From the NCBI GenBank assembly GCA_043744615.1, contig JAYTUJ010000005.1, positions 1 through 37,796 of the forward strand: a DNA stretch of 37,796 nucleotides. Direction: 5' to 3'. Below the pieces are notes generated by a model. That model did not search any database, was not told the DNA's origin, and worked only from the letters and a program-made list of their open reading frames with translations. The stretch is from a bacterium (GTDB lineage: Bacteria; Patescibacteriota; Minisyncoccia; Phycocordibacterales; CAIRYW01). The position numbers and the translations under genes are program-made. Below are positions 1 to 8,416 of this stretch, one piece after another. The number at the start of each line of letters is the position of its first letter. Position 1 is the stretch's first letter.

Positions 1-847
1 TTTCATCAGCAGCAAGATCTGTTTTTGTTAAAATAACTACTTCAGGTTTTTTTGCTACCTCTTTGTCAAAATCTTCAAGTTCATGTCTAATTGTTTGATA
101 CGCTTCTTCAATTGATTCGTTTTCAAGAGAAATACAATGAAACAAAATTTTATTTCGTTTAATATGTCGAAGAAATTTATGTCCCAAACCTTTTCCTTCA
201 GAAGCACCAGAAATTAAACCAGGAATATCTGCCAAAATAAAACCGAACATATCACCAAGGTTTGGTTCGAGTGTTGTAAATTGATAATCACCTACTTTTA
301 CATCAGCATTTGTAAGTGAGTTTAATAAACTTGATTTACCTGCATTTGGTAAACCGATTAAACCTGCGTCAGCAGTTAATAAAACTTCAACATAAAAAGT
401 TCCTTTTTCTCCTTCTTTTCCTTCTGTAAATTCTGTAGGAGTTGTGTTTGTTGAAGATTTAAAATGTTCGTTTCCGTATCCGCCACGTCCGCCTTTTAAA
501 ACTAAAACTTCGTCACCAACATTTGGTAATTCGTATTTTTTTTCTTCTTCAATAAACGTAACAACACTTCCACGAGGAATTTCAATATACAAATCTTCTC
601 CGTTTTTTCCGTGTTTACTTCGACTTGATCCTCCGTCGCCATTTGCAGCAGAATAATTTTTTTTATGTTTGTATCGAGCAAGCACTCCAATGTCTGCCGT
701 TGCACGCATATATACGTTACCGCCACGAGCACCATCGCCACCTGCTGGTCCTAAAAATTCTTTACCTCGTTCATGAAGCCAACGAGCAACGCCGTCGCCA
801 CCTTTTCCTGCTGTGAGTTCAAATGTAAGTTCATCAATATATGCCAT
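1..847 (-). CDS. obg: GTPase Obg, N-terminal part (3' end runs off the window)
   Basis: Absent from the ORF track because it has no in-window stop. My translation from the ATG at 847 reads MAYIDELTFELTAGKGGDGVARWLHERGKEFLGPAGGDGARGGNVYMRA (glycine-rich Obg fold). Further down it reads GLIGLPNAGKSSLLN (G1/Walker A). Confidence 0.85.
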   Translation of the reverse strand, partial: MAYIDELTFELTAGKGGDGVARWLHERGKEFLGPAGGDGARGGNVYMRATADIGVLARYKHKKNYSAANGDGGSSRSKHGKNGEDLYIEIPRGSVVTFIEEEKKYELPNVGDEVLVLKGGRGGYGNEHFKSSTNTTPTEFTEGKEGEKGTFYVEVLLTADAGLIGLPNAGKSSLLNSLTNADVKVGDYQFTTLEPNLGDMFGFILADIPGLISGASEGKGLGHKFLRHIKRNKILFHCISLENESIEEAYQTIRHELEDFDKEVAKKPEVVILTKTDLAADE

Positions 848-871
848 ATATCCTTAAATATAGCACATAAT

Positions 872-1783
872 TTATTCGAGGGCTTTTTGAGCAAGCAAAA
901 CGATACCCTCTTTAGAATTTGCAATGGCCATAAACCGAGCATTGTGACAAAACAAAGCATCAGAAACACCTGTAATTTTTTGGAGCTCTGCATCAGATTT
1001 ACCTGCCCACGCTTGTGGCAAATCTTTTCGATTTACAAAAGAATGCGTATCGTTTGAAATAGTCTGCAAAACCCACTTTCCTGCATTTGTATGTGGATGA
1101 ATGACAAATAATGGTTCTGTTTTTTTAGAAAGTACTTCGTGCCACGGCACATACGCATCGAGAATAATTAATCGTTTGTCTTGTGTTTTTTCATATACAT
1201 CAAGAACAACTGTTCGTGCATTAATTTTTGCTAAAGCTTTTTTAATTTCTTTTTTAAGAATTATTTGAACCATTGCTACTGCATCAAAAAAATATGTATC
1301 TGCAAATGAAGATGCTTCTGTGTATAAAGGATTATATCCACCTTCAATAATGTCTGAAAATGAATACTCGTATATCTCTGAAAAATTTTCAAGTGGCTTA
1401 GAAATAATAACTCCATTATCATGAGCATCAACAGGGCAAACTATTTTTTGTTCTATCTTTTGAGCAATTTCTTGATATACCTCAATTGATTGTTTTTCAC
1501 AGATAACTTCACAAACTTTTTCGCCATACTGTTTCCATATCAAACCAAACGCCGCATACGGAACATTGTTTTCTCGAACACCAGCACCCCCTTGTTGATG
1601 ATGATCAAATCGTAATGTTTCAATGTTGTATATTCGCCCCACATCAAACACAATATCCGCTGAATGTATAATTTGTTCATCACGAGTTCGAATAATTTTT
1701 GCATGTGGAAATAAAAAAAGAAGTGCCGCAGTTGCGCATACATCATCAGCATGAAATTTTCCATCATGAGTAACTAATTTCAT
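872..1783 (-). CDS. MYG1/UPF0160 family metal-dependent hydrolase
   Basis: 303 aa. MKLVTHDGKFHADDV... and ...RFDHHQ... resemble the His/Asp metal motifs of the MYG1 family. ATGA start/stop overlap with the upstream gene at 1780-1783. Confidence 0.7.
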   Translation of the reverse strand: MKLVTHDGKFHADDVCATAALLFLFPHAKIIRTRDEQIIHSADIVFDVGRIYNIETLRFDHHQQGGAGVRENNVPYAAFGLIWKQYGEKVCEVICEKQSIEVYQEIAQKIEQKIVCPVDAHDNGVIISKPLENFSEIYEYSFSDIIEGGYNPLYTEASSFADTYFFDAVAMVQIILKKEIKKALAKINARTVVLDVYEKTQDKRLIILDAYVPWHEVLSKKTEPLFVIHPHTNAGKWVLQTISNDTHSFVNRKDLPQAWAGKSDAELQKITGVSDALFCHNARFMAIANSKEGIVLLAQKALE

Positions 1784-2193
1784 ATATCACGAACTTTATC
1801 GCCTGATTTTGGAAAATTATCATCACTCTGAGCACCTCCTTTTGTATCAAAAGTTTTTTGAACAATCTTATCAGAAACTATACTTATACAAGACATAACG
1901 AGAGCCCCTAATATTGCGGTGACGATTCCTTCTACCTTAAACCCTCCAATAACAAGTGATACGAGCCAAAATATAAATCCGTTAATTACAAATCTAAATA
2001 ATCCTAATGTAATTATATTAACTGGCAACGTGAGTAAAATTAATATTGGTTTAATAATAAAATTAAAAATATCTAAAACAATTACCACAAAAATTGCAGT
2101 GCTGAATTTGTCGATAAAAATACTACTGCCAAACAATACCGGCAAAAGCATTAGTCCGAGAGCATTTATAAGAATTTTAAAAATCAGTTTCAT
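1780..2193 (-). CDS. Small 4-TM membrane protein, phage holin family 4_2 / YvlD-like (PF04020-like)
   Basis: 137 aa. The segment IKPILILLTLPVNIITLGLFRFVINGFIFWLVSLVIGGFKVEG resembles the conserved core of the YvlD/DUF360 family. Confidence 0.55.
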   Translation of the reverse strand: MKLIFKILINALGLMLLPVLFGSSIFIDKFSTAIFVVIVLDIFNFIIKPILILLTLPVNIITLGLFRFVINGFIFWLVSLVIGGFKVEGIVTAILGALVMSCISIVSDKIVQKTFDTKGGAQSDDNFPKSGDKVRDI

Positions 2194-2194
2194 A

Positions 2195-3214
2195 CTATTC
2201 GTTTAACTTTAAAATATCATTATACAGACCGATAAGTGCGACCAAAAGACTGAGCACAATTGGACCCAACAAAAAACCTTCAAACCCAAAGAACGCGAGA
2301 CCTCCCATAATTGAAAACAAAATAAGTAGTGGATGAACTTTTAATCCTCTTTGAACAATATGGGGACTTAAGAAATTATCAATCATACCGATTCCAAATA
2401 TAGCCCATAGAAACATACCGATGGCAGGATATGTTTGTCCTTGGATAAACAAATAACCTATTGACGGCATGGTAATTAATGATGTTCCAAGCCCTGGTAT
2501 CAAAGCAGTCATTGACGCAACGGTTCCCCACAATACAGGATTTGGTACACCAAACACAGCCAAACCAATACCGGTAAATATTCCTTGTATGATTGCAATA
2601 ATAATAGTACCCTCGAGTACCGATTTAATTGTGTTTTTTACTGCACTAAAAATAGATTCGTCGTATTCATCAGGCAACGGGCTTAATCGCAACATTTGTT
2701 TTTTCAAAGCAGCGCCGTCTCGAAGTAAATAAAATAAAGAAATTGTCCCAATAAATAATTTGAATGCAAAATTAAGAGTGACTGAAAATAACGAACTAAT
2801 ATTAACAACTATCCATTGAGAAACTTGCGATATATACGCACTAATATTAATAGTTATATGTGGTGCAATTCGGTGTAAAAATTGTTGCACAAGTGCTGTT
2901 ATCGAATGTGCGTCATCAACACTGGTTACTCTTGTATACAAATCTTGAGCATCACCAAATAATTTAGTGAACAAAAAAGAAATTGGTAACAGCACCACTA
3001 CGTACAGGCCAATAATAACAAGAAACGCTGCGATGTTTTGTCGGCCACCAAGTATTTTTTTAAGACGAACAAAGACGGGTTCGAGTAAAATAGCAACAGT
3101 TCCTGCTAATAAAAATACAATTAAGAATGGATAGAAAATAAAAAAAGTAAGTATCAATACGGCGATTAATGTAGCGAAGAAAAAATATGTCGGTATGTGT
3201 TTTTGCTTGTTCAT
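2195..3214 (-). CDS. AI-2E family transporter (PerM/UPF0118-like permease)
   Basis: 339 aa and multi-TM. Length, topology and a C-terminal half with ...LIPGLGT...GMIDNFLSPHIV... are typical of the family. Confidence 0.7.
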   Translation of the reverse strand: MNKQKHIPTYFFFATLIAVLILTFFIFYPFLIVFLLAGTVAILLEPVFVRLKKILGGRQNIAAFLVIIGLYVVVLLPISFLFTKLFGDAQDLYTRVTSVDDAHSITALVQQFLHRIAPHITINISAYISQVSQWIVVNISSLFSVTLNFAFKLFIGTISLFYLLRDGAALKKQMLRLSPLPDEYDESIFSAVKNTIKSVLEGTIIIAIIQGIFTGIGLAVFGVPNPVLWGTVASMTALIPGLGTSLITMPSIGYLFIQGQTYPAIGMFLWAIFGIGMIDNFLSPHIVQRGLKVHPLLILFSIMGGLAFFGFEGFLLGPIVLSLLVALIGLYNDILKLNE

Positions 3215-3234
3215 ATAGTTAATAATAGCCTATC

Positions 3235-4488
3235 TTATTTGACAATCAAGCTATGGTGAACATGATCTGAAACAGAGTATCCAAGAATATCTAATAGAGT
3301 GTCTTTAATGTGTACAACTTCTCCGACAGATAATAGTGAAAGATTTTGGTCAAGAATTGAAAAACTTGAGATATTATCTTCTTCATTATAATTTAAGAGA
3401 CAAGGAACAATATTTTTTTGTTGCATTTCTTTAAGAACATCGATCAAAAGCGTTTCGATTTCTTTTGAAATATCATTAAAAAGTTTTTGGTCTGTCTTAA
3501 AAAATGGAATATGCGAAAAAATCATATTTAATGCAATACAAGAAATATTATCTTCAATTTCTGATTGGACTCGGTCTTTTATTTGAACAATACGTTTTAC
3601 TAATTCTTTTTTTTCTTTTTCAAGACTTGAACCTTTTGGCAAATGTATTTGGTTTTCAGCCTCAGCATTAAAAGAAACTTTATTAAAATAATATATTTCA
3701 GAAGGATCAACTTGAGTTGCATCAATAAGCGACACCGAACCTTGCAAATCACGCACTGCTTGAATCGTTCGTGATGCAATTGTACTAATTTCAAACAGTG
3801 GGTCTAAAGAATCTTTAATCATTACATCGTAATCACCTTCGGTAATAATCGAGATTGTTTCATTTTCTGCTTTTGTCAAAAAACCATTATCACTTTTTTT
3901 AAGTTCAGAAATATTAGTACCAAATATAAAAATACCGTCATTTGGTTTTGGCATATATCCTTTGCTTGTGTCATCAAGATATAACACTACTTCATGTTTG
4001 TTCTGTTCGGTACCCTTTCTTTTTAATGCATACAATCTTCCTGAGGCAGTAATAATTGAAGGAATGCCAACATCTTCTGCAATCTTTTCGAGTTCGATTA
4101 AATAATCGAGAGCTTGTATATCGGCCTGTTCTGCAAATTCAGAAATATGAATTACTATTTTTTGTATTCCTTTTTCGAGAATAAATTTTAAAATACTTTT
4201 TATTTTTTGATGATGTTTTTTAATTCCGTCGATACCACCAATTCCTTGTATGTGCATCATCGAATCATTTTCTTGAACGTGTGCAAGTGTGTCGGTAAAA
4301 CGAAGGTTGCCCTCAAACTGATGTGCGTCGGTAACATCATGTTTTGGTGGCATGATAATAGTTGTTGTTGGAAATTTCATAGTTGCCATTTTAAAAAATG
4401 GCAAACCCCACAAATCACTGACAATCAAAAAAACTTGTTTTTTTGATATTGAATCAGAAATAGTAGACCGCTGTAATTCGTCGTTCAT
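3235..4488 (-). CDS. Cofactor-independent phosphoglycerate mutase (iPGM)-like protein, apparently degenerate
   Basis: 417 aa. VFLIVSDLWGLP resembles iPGM VLLIILDGWG. HIQGIGGIDGIKKHH...KIVIHISEFAEQ...ITASGRLYALKR resembles LMGLLSDGGVHSH...VHAFLDGRD...VSGRYYAMDR. The C-terminal LLDILGY...HSLI resembles iPGM ...ILDLLG...GKSLI. The match is from memory and was not computed. Confidence 0.4.
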   Translation of the reverse strand: MNDELQRSTISDSISKKQVFLIVSDLWGLPFFKMATMKFPTTTIIMPPKHDVTDAHQFEGNLRFTDTLAHVQENDSMMHIQGIGGIDGIKKHHQKIKSILKFILEKGIQKIVIHISEFAEQADIQALDYLIELEKIAEDVGIPSIITASGRLYALKRKGTEQNKHEVVLYLDDTSKGYMPKPNDGIFIFGTNISELKKSDNGFLTKAENETISIITEGDYDVMIKDSLDPLFEISTIASRTIQAVRDLQGSVSLIDATQVDPSEIYYFNKVSFNAEAENQIHLPKGSSLEKEKKELVKRIVQIKDRVQSEIEDNISCIALNMIFSHIPFFKTDQKLFNDISKEIETLLIDVLKEMQQKNIVPCLLNYNEEDNISSFSILDQNLSLLSVGEVVHIKDTLLDILGYSVSDHVHHSLIVK

Positions 4489-4523
4489 ATTTTCATTATC
4501 TCACGCACTGTAAATTAATTCTA

Positions 4524-6368
4524 CTATTCGACCGTAACTGATTTTGCTAAATTTCTAGGTTTATCAACGTTAAATCCTTTATTTGTTGCTACATAATATG
4601 CAAATAGTTGTAATGGAATGACTGAAAGAATCGGAGAAAGCGCTTCAATTGTTTGTGGAACATAAATTACGTCGTCGGCAAGTTTTGCAATATCTATATT
4701 CCCCTCTGTTGCAATAGCAAGTACCTTTCCTTTTCGAGCTTTTATTTCTTGAATATTTGATTGCATTTTTTGATACACACTGTCAGTTGGACAAATCACA
4801 ACTGTAGGAAAATTTTCATCAATCATTGCAATTGAACCATGCTTCATTTCTCCTGCTCCAATTCCCTCTGCATGAATATAAGAAATTTCTTTTAATTTTA
4901 AAGCTCCTTCAAATGCGATTGGGTACGAATATTTTCTACCCATATACAAAAAATCACGATAGTTTCCATATTTTTCAGCAAGTGTTTTGATTGTTTCTTT
5001 TTGCGCAAGAATTTTTTCGATCTTTTCTGGAAGTTTTGCAAGCTCTTCAAGAATTTCAGTTCCTTGCGTATTCGACATTGATCGTTGTCGTCCAATAAAT
5101 ACAGCAAGTAATGTAAGCGCGGTTAGTTGTGAAATAAATGCTTTTGTTGAAGCAACTCCAATTTCTGGACCCGCATGATTATAAATTCCTGCATCAGTTT
5201 CACGCGCTATTGTTGAACCAACCGTGTTTATAATCCCAAGCGTAAGTGCCCCCTTTCGTTTTGCTTCTCTAATTGCTTCAAGAGTATCCGCTGTTTCACC
5301 TGATTGTGAAATTGCAAGAACCATTGTTTTATCATCTATAATTGGGGTTCGGTATCTAAATTCAGATGCAATTTCAACTTCTACTGGAATTCCAGCATAT
5401 TCTTCAATAATATATTCACCAATTAAACCAGCATAATATGCAGTACCGCAACCGACAATAATCAGTCGATTTTTTTCAAGTATTTTATCTTTCACCGATT
5501 CAAGGCCTCCAAGTTTTGCAAGACCGTCTTCAACAAGCAACCGCCCTCGAGTTGTATTTTTTACAACTTGCGGAGCCTCCATCATTTCTTTCATCATAAA
5601 ATGTTCATATCCATTTTTTTGAGCCTCCTCAATATTCCAATCAAGGATATCTGGGTTTCGATTTTGAGTTTCTTTTTCGAGTGTGAATACCGAGTGAGAA
5701 GTTGGTGTAAGTACCGCGATTTCACCATCATGCAAATACATAATTGTTCGAGTGTGACGCAAAATCGGTGCGGGATCAGAAGCAACAAAATTTGCACCCT
5801 CGCCTAACCCAATTACAATCGGACTTCCCATTCGAGCAACAATAATTTTTTCTGGCTGACTTTCAATCATTGCAGCTAAACCGTATGTACCATGAAGCTC
5901 TTTTAATGTCGCAATGACAGCATCTTCAAATGAAACATCTTTTGTCTTTAAAAAATCAGCGATCAAATGAGGGATAACTTCGGTATCAGTTTCAGATTCA
6001 AACACAACCCCTTTTTGAGAAAGCTTTTCTTTAATTTCACGATAATTTTCAATAATCCCATTATGAACTACCCAAACTTTACGAGCTCCGTCATGATGCG
6101 GATGTGCGTTTGTAATTGAAGGAATACCGTGAGTTGCCCACCTTGTATGCGCGATTCCAGAACAACACATGCCTGAATCTTCTTTATTTAAATTTTTCTT
6201 TTGCAATTCTTCAGCGAGCGCAGCAACATGACCAACTGCTTTTGTTGATCCATTACCAGAAACATAAATTCCTGCCGAGTCATAACCGCGGTATTCAAGG
6301 GTGCGTAATCCATCAAGCAAAAAAGGTGTTGCTGATTCTTTTCCAGTATATCCAAAAATTCCACACAT
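4524..6368 (-). CDS. glmS: Glutamine--fructose-6-phosphate aminotransferase (isomerizing)
   Basis: 614 aa. Starts MCGIFGY (Ntn catalytic Cys2), has two SIS domains and ends ...NLAKSVTVE, the canonical GlmS C-terminus. Confidence 0.97.
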   Translation of the reverse strand: MCGIFGYTGKESATPFLLDGLRTLEYRGYDSAGIYVSGNGSTKAVGHVAALAEELQKKNLNKEDSGMCCSGIAHTRWATHGIPSITNAHPHHDGARKVWVVHNGIIENYREIKEKLSQKGVVFESETDTEVIPHLIADFLKTKDVSFEDAVIATLKELHGTYGLAAMIESQPEKIIVARMGSPIVIGLGEGANFVASDPAPILRHTRTIMYLHDGEIAVLTPTSHSVFTLEKETQNRNPDILDWNIEEAQKNGYEHFMMKEMMEAPQVVKNTTRGRLLVEDGLAKLGGLESVKDKILEKNRLIIVGCGTAYYAGLIGEYIIEEYAGIPVEVEIASEFRYRTPIIDDKTMVLAISQSGETADTLEAIREAKRKGALTLGIINTVGSTIARETDAGIYNHAGPEIGVASTKAFISQLTALTLLAVFIGRQRSMSNTQGTEILEELAKLPEKIEKILAQKETIKTLAEKYGNYRDFLYMGRKYSYPIAFEGALKLKEISYIHAEGIGAGEMKHGSIAMIDENFPTVVICPTDSVYQKMQSNIQEIKARKGKVLAIATEGNIDIAKLADDVIYVPQTIEALSPILSVIPLQLFAYYVATNKGFNVDKPRNLAKSVTVE

Positions 6369-6374
6369 ATAATT

Positions 6375-6860
6375 TTATGCAAACATTAACACCAAGATGT
6401 CTTGCAACATATCAAACGAAGTGATAAATATATCGGCAATTTCATATTTATCTTTTGGTTTAATATCTTTATACTTCCAACCTTCAACTAAAACTGTTTT
6501 ACATCCGAGCATTTTTCCATACCGGATATCGATATCTCTACGGTCTCCGATTACATACACATCTTGTGTATTCGTAATTGAGTGATGTTTTAATATATCT
6601 TTAAAAATTCTTTCTTTATCTTCTGGTTTTGGCACAACATGTATCTCTGTAAAGTATTTTCGAATTCCAAGAATATCTATTTTTTTATTTTGAATATCAG
6701 CATCTCCTTGAGTAACTAATATGTTAGTAACATTATCTAAGTTTAAAACCTCAAGAACTCCTGGAAACAGGCGCATAGTTTCATAATTTGGAGTTACATC
6801 GTCTAACCGATCTTGTGTTGAATATAATGTATCGTCTAGGTCAAAAATCAAATATTTCAT
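6375..6860 (-). CDS. HAD superfamily hydrolase
   Basis: 161 aa. Motif I is present (MKYLIFDLDDTLY). A later ...YVIGDRRDIDI... fits HAD motif IV. Confidence 0.7.
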   Translation of the reverse strand: MKYLIFDLDDTLYSTQDRLDDVTPNYETMRLFPGVLEVLNLDNVTNILVTQGDADIQNKKIDILGIRKYFTEIHVVPKPEDKERIFKDILKHHSITNTQDVYVIGDRRDIDIRYGKMLGCKTVLVEGWKYKDIKPKDKYEIADIFITSFDMLQDILVLMFA

Positions 6861-6878
6861 CCTTATATCTTAGCATAT

Positions 6879-7892
6879 TTATAATATTGATTTGAGTGTA
6901 TATGCAATTTCTTCAGCTGTATAACGTTTATTACCATAATTTCCCTTATCAATATATTGAATAGAATGGGTATACTCAGAAACATCATTAATGTTTACTC
7001 GTGAAAACTTAGGGTGATGATCGTCAAAAAATTCAGTGACTTCGCGAGAAAACTTTTGAAAGAATATCATATCGAGTTTAGAAATTCCTGAGTATGCACA
7101 AACTTCTTTTACAAAATCGAGTGCGGTGTAGTTCCATGTTTCTCCATACTTACCTATTTGAGTAGGAATATATATTTTTTTTGCTTTTGATTTTTTAAGA
7201 GCGTCGGTAATTCCAGCAACTAAAAAATTTGGAATAAGTGAAGAATATAAATCTCCATTTGAAAAAATAATATGGTCAGCAGTATTAATTGCTTTAATCG
7301 CATCACTGTCAGCGCTGACGGTGGGAAACAATTCAAGGCGTGTTATTTTTTTTGTTCCATCGTGTGATGGAATATCAATATTTGCTTCGCCCACGATAAC
7401 CTCACCTGTTTCAAGATACGCCATAACGTCTGCTTTTTCATACGTCACAGGAATAATTTGTGCCGAAGAATTACCAAACAATGAAAGTGTTTTTTGAATT
7501 TGCTCTACTGCCTTTTTATCACTTCCTATTGTTTCTGATAAAGCAAACATAAGTAAATTTCCTAAGTTATGCCCGTTCACACTCGATTCTTTTGAAAATC
7601 GAAATGCTAAAAGTTTTTTTACTAAATCGTTTGAGTGAGCTGCCGCAATACAATTGCGGATGTCCCCCGCTGGCAATGAATTAAAATCTTCTCGAAGCAT
7701 TCCTGTACTTCCACCAGAGTCGAAGACACTAACAATGGCAGAAACTTTTATTTTTTTCTTTTTCTGAATAATTTGTAGTGCTTCGATAATTCGAGCGGTA
7801 CCAGTACCACCGCCAATAATTACAACATGTGGAACTTTTTTAAGTTTCTTTGTGGTTTTTGGAGTTTTACTTTTTAGTACCTTTTTTTTCAT
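6879..7892 (-). CDS. YvcK/CofD-like (UPF0052, gluconeogenesis factor family) protein
   Basis: VVIIGGGTGTARII and SVFDSGGSTGMLRED motifs. The track start at 7898 is TTG and the first ATG is at 7892. Overlaps the upstream gene end. Confidence 0.75.
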   Translation of the reverse strand: MKKKVLKSKTPKTTKKLKKVPHVVIIGGGTGTARIIEALQIIQKKKKIKVSAIVSVFDSGGSTGMLREDFNSLPAGDIRNCIAAAHSNDLVKKLLAFRFSKESSVNGHNLGNLLMFALSETIGSDKKAVEQIQKTLSLFGNSSAQIIPVTYEKADVMAYLETGEVIVGEANIDIPSHDGTKKITRLELFPTVSADSDAIKAINTADHIIFSNGDLYSSLIPNFLVAGITDALKKSKAKKIYIPTQIGKYGETWNYTALDFVKEVCAYSGISKLDMIFFQKFSREVTEFFDDHHPKFSRVNINDVSEYTHSIQYIDKGNYGNKRYTAEEIAYTLKSIL

Positions 7893-8376
7893 TTCCAATT
7901 TTTTTTAATTTCTCTGCTACTTTTGCTTTTTTCTCTGAAGCTTTATTTACTAACCACGAACTTGATTGCACTTTTCCACCTTGTCCAACATTAAAAACCA
8001 TTTTTGAACCGATTCGCGCGCAAATTAAATTTTCAGGAGTATTTTCACTTACTCGATCACCACCGTTTGCAAATATATCTGGTTTAATTTTTAATAAATC
8101 TTTCGAGACACTCATGTCTTTTGGGTTTCTTCCGTGCGATGTAAAAACTGCTTTTGAGACACACGCAAAAGATTCAATAATTTCTTTTCGTTCGTGTTGA
8201 TCCATAAACACATAGCCTTTCTTTTTAAAAAGCCAATTGTCATTATTAATTAACACAATTAGTTCATCACCAAGCGCACGCGCTTCTTTCATAAGTCGTA
8301 CATGTCCAATATGAACCGGATCAAATCCCCCACTAATAACGACAACTTTTTTATTTTTAATTTTATTTTGAGCCAT
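7867..8376 (-). CDS. Cytidylyl/adenylyl-transferase family protein (RfaE domain II / TagD-like)
   Basis: VVVISGGFDPVHIGHVRLMKEA carries the (H/T)xGH nucleotidyltransferase signature. ATG at 8376 (the track start at 8379 is GTG). Lys-rich C-terminal tail. Confidence 0.7.
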   Translation of the reverse strand: MAQNKIKNKKVVVISGGFDPVHIGHVRLMKEARALGDELIVLINNDNWLFKKKGYVFMDQHERKEIIESFACVSKAVFTSHGRNPKDMSVSKDLLKIKPDIFANGGDRVSENTPENLICARIGSKMVFNVGQGGKVQSSSWLVNKASEKKAKVAEKLKKIGNEKKGTKK

Positions 8377-8416
8377 CACAATGATTTTATGCTAGAGCAA
8401 ATAAATAATAAAGTGG

